Source of the DNA: Candidatus Moraniibacteriota bacterium
Lineage (GTDB): Bacteria; Patescibacteriota; Minisyncoccia; Moranbacterales; DUUL01
DNA: 64,000 nucleotides
NCBI GenBank assembly: GCA_041583775.1
Contig: JBFHFF010000002.1
Location: 64,274 to 128,273, forward strand
Direction of reading: 5' to 3'
A program made the translations under genes and the position numbers. The notes under the pieces are model-generated. The model did not search any database. It had not been told where the DNA came from and was given only the letters and a program-made list of their open reading frames with translations. This document shows positions 62,251 through 64,000 of this stretch, one piece after another. The stretch's first letter is position 1. Each line of letters opens with the position of its first letter.

Positions 62251-64000
62251 CTATTTTCCACAACATTTTTTGAATTTTTTCCCACTTCCACACGGACAAG
62301 GTTCGTTCCTGTTGATATTTTTTTGATTTATAATTGGCGAAGGAGTGGATTTTTTTTCTTTTTCTGTAGAAATTTTTCCCAACAAAGAATTATTTGTTTT
62401 TTTTGTGTCATTATATGCCATACGCCTTTCTTGTGGCTCAGTATTTGTTGTTTCGCTTTCCTTGGATACCGGATGAATCCTAAAAATCGCTTTTATAATA
62501 TTCTGATTAATTGTAGCCAAAAGAGACTGAAACATACTAAAAGCTTCTTTTTTATACATAACCAAAGGATCTCTTTGTCCATATCCCTGCAATCCAATTC
62601 CCTCTCGTGTGAAATCCATTTGCTCAAGATGATCCATCCAAAAACTATCAATTGTTCTCAAGCAAAGACTTTTTTCAATTATTCTCATTTGCTCTGCTCC
62701 CAATTCTTTTTCTTTTTCTGCATATCTTCTTTTTAAATAGTCTGCTAATACTTCGATTATTGCACTTCTTTTCTCAGTACTGTGTGCATAGTCTTTAGAA
62801 TTTTTAACCGCTAACAATTTTTTGTGTAGCTCTGATATTTCACCTTCCGTGATTACACCCAACTCCTCTGAAATTTCTTCAGTATTCCAACTATTTTCAT
62901 CATCCGAATCTGTGTGAACGACAACAATGGCATCTATTTCATCATAGAACATCTGCAGAACATCATCCTTTACACTTTTTTTACTTAAAATATCTTTCCT
63001 TTTTTTGTAAATAGTCTCTCGTTGTTTATTCATAACATCGTCATACTCCAAAACTCGTTTACGAATGTCAAAATTAAATCCTTCTATTTTTCCTTGTGCC
63101 GATTCAATTGATTTGGAAATTATTTTATTTTCAATTGGTTGATCTTCTGGTAAACCCAATTTATCCATAATATTTTTCATTCTATCTCCACCAAAACGCC
63201 TTAATAATTCATCTTCTAGCGATACAAAGAATTGTGTAATTCCTGGGTCACCTTGTCGCCCAGCACGCCCACGAAGCTGGTTGTCAATTCGACGCGCTTC
63301 ATGCCTTTCTGTTCCAATAATGAAAAGTCCTCCAACCTCTGCAACTCCTTCTCCGAGTTTAATATCAGTTCCTCTTCCGGCCATATTAGTCGCAATTGTG
63401 ACGGCTCCTTTTTGCCCTGCGTTAGCAATGATTTGCGCCTCTCTTTCATGATTCTTCGCATTCAAAACTTCTCTTTCAATACCTCTTTTTTTCAAAATTT
63501 CTGCTAAATATTCAGACTTTTCAATTGCAATTGTTCCTACCAAAACAGGAATCCCTTTTTTATGACTCTCAATAACTTCCTCTACAATAGCATTAAATTT
63601 ACCTTTCTCTGTTTTGTATACGACATCCTTTCTGTCAACTCTCGCCAACGGTTTATTTGTTGGAATTTCAACAACCTCAAGTTTATAAACTTTATCAAAC
63701 TCCTCTGCAGAAGTAAGTGCTGTTCCTGTCATTCCTGCAAGTTTATTATACATTCTAAAGTAATTTTGGAATGTTATTGTGGCTAAAGTTCGAGACTCTC
63801 TTTGAACAGTGACACCTTCTTTTGCTTCAATTGCTTGATGTAGACCTTCGGAATATCTTCTTCCTGGCATAAGCCTTCCTGTAAATTCATCAACAATTAT
63901 AATCTCACCATCCTTAACAACATAATCTTTGTCTAATTGAAAAAGTACATTTGCTTTTAGTGCCTGCTCCAAATGATGTACATATGAAACTTTATTTGTC
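62251..64000 (-). CDS. secA: Preprotein translocase ATPase SecA (C-terminal about 580 aa; the 5' end lies beyond the window)
   Basis: DEAD-like motor motifs (TGRLMPGRRYSEGLHQAIEAKEG, GRGTDIKLGG, LRGRAGRQGDPG). C-terminal zinc-binding CPCGSGKKFKKCCG. Confidence 0.9.
   Translation of the reverse strand, partial: TNKVSYVHHLEQALKANVLFQLDKDYVVKDGEIIIVDEFTGRLMPGRRYSEGLHQAIEAKEGVTVQRESRTLATITFQNYFRMYNKLAGMTGTALTSAEEFDKVYKLEVVEIPTNKPLARVDRKDVVYKTEKGKFNAIVEEVIESHKKGIPVLVGTIAIEKSEYLAEILKKRGIEREVLNAKNHEREAQIIANAGQKGAVTIATNMAGRGTDIKLGEGVAEVGGLFIIGTERHEARRIDNQLRGRAGRQGDPGITQFFVSLEDELLRRFGGDRMKNIMDKLGLPEDQPIENKIISKSIESAQGKIEGFNFDIRKRVLEYDDVMNKQRETIYKKRKDILSKKSVKDDVLQMFYDEIDAIVVVHTDSDDENSWNTEEISEELGVITEGEISELHKKLLAVKNSKDYAHSTEKRSAIIEVLADYLKRRYAEKEKELGAEQMRIIEKSLCLRTIDSFWMDHLEQMDFTREGIGLQGYGQRDPLVMYKKEAFSMFQSLLATINQNIIKAIFRIHPVSKESETTNTEPQERRMAYNDTKKTNNSLLGKISTEKEKKSTPSPIINQKNINRNEPCPCGSGKKFKKCCGK

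Overview
Low-GC window of about 64 kb. Small, membrane-rich proteins, a 23S-5S rRNA pair without a linked 16S, and an array of VirB2/TrbC-like mini-pilins suggest a Candidate Phyla Radiation (Patescibacteria)-type genome; this is an inference from gene content only. All calls are made by eye from sequence motifs. No database search was run.

Layout:
- 1-29.5 kb: gyrA (5' end outside window), a substrate-binding lipoprotein, six tandem VirB2/TrbC-like pilin paralogs interleaved with a large polytopic membrane protein, and cell-envelope genes (SPFH, two LtaS-like sulfatases, PlsC, spermidine-synthase-like fusion). Next come a run of small hydrolases and membrane proteins, a CDF transporter, and a NifX/NifB-like plus MinD-type Fe-S ATPase cluster.
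- about 29.9-48.3 kb: a probable integrative, phage-satellite-like island. It ends at a large serine recombinase whose 3' end overlaps tRNA-Trp(CCA). It carries a CHC2 primase zinc-finger protein, a P-loop NTPase, a possible terminase-small-subunit-like protein and defence-like cargo. The cargo includes a Schlafen/AlbA_2-HATPase_c_4 protein, a NUDIX hydrolase and a 1012-aa protein with an unmistakable N-terminal RelA/SpoT (small-alarmone-synthetase-like) domain fused to about 800 aa of unknown sequence. I consider that fusion the best candidate for an undescribed system (toxSAS-like sensor/effector).
- Right of the island: HAD hydrolase, rpmG, rplA-rplK-nusG-secE, secreted hypotheticals, a second NUDIX, 5S and 23S rRNA (minus strand, 23S with an AT-rich insertion of about 200 nt), an LtaS-GDPD fusion and secA (5' end outside window).

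Also noted: a three-copy intergenic repeat family, several Rho-independent terminators, a GC-rich structured leader-like RNA candidate and a frame-broken gene remnant.
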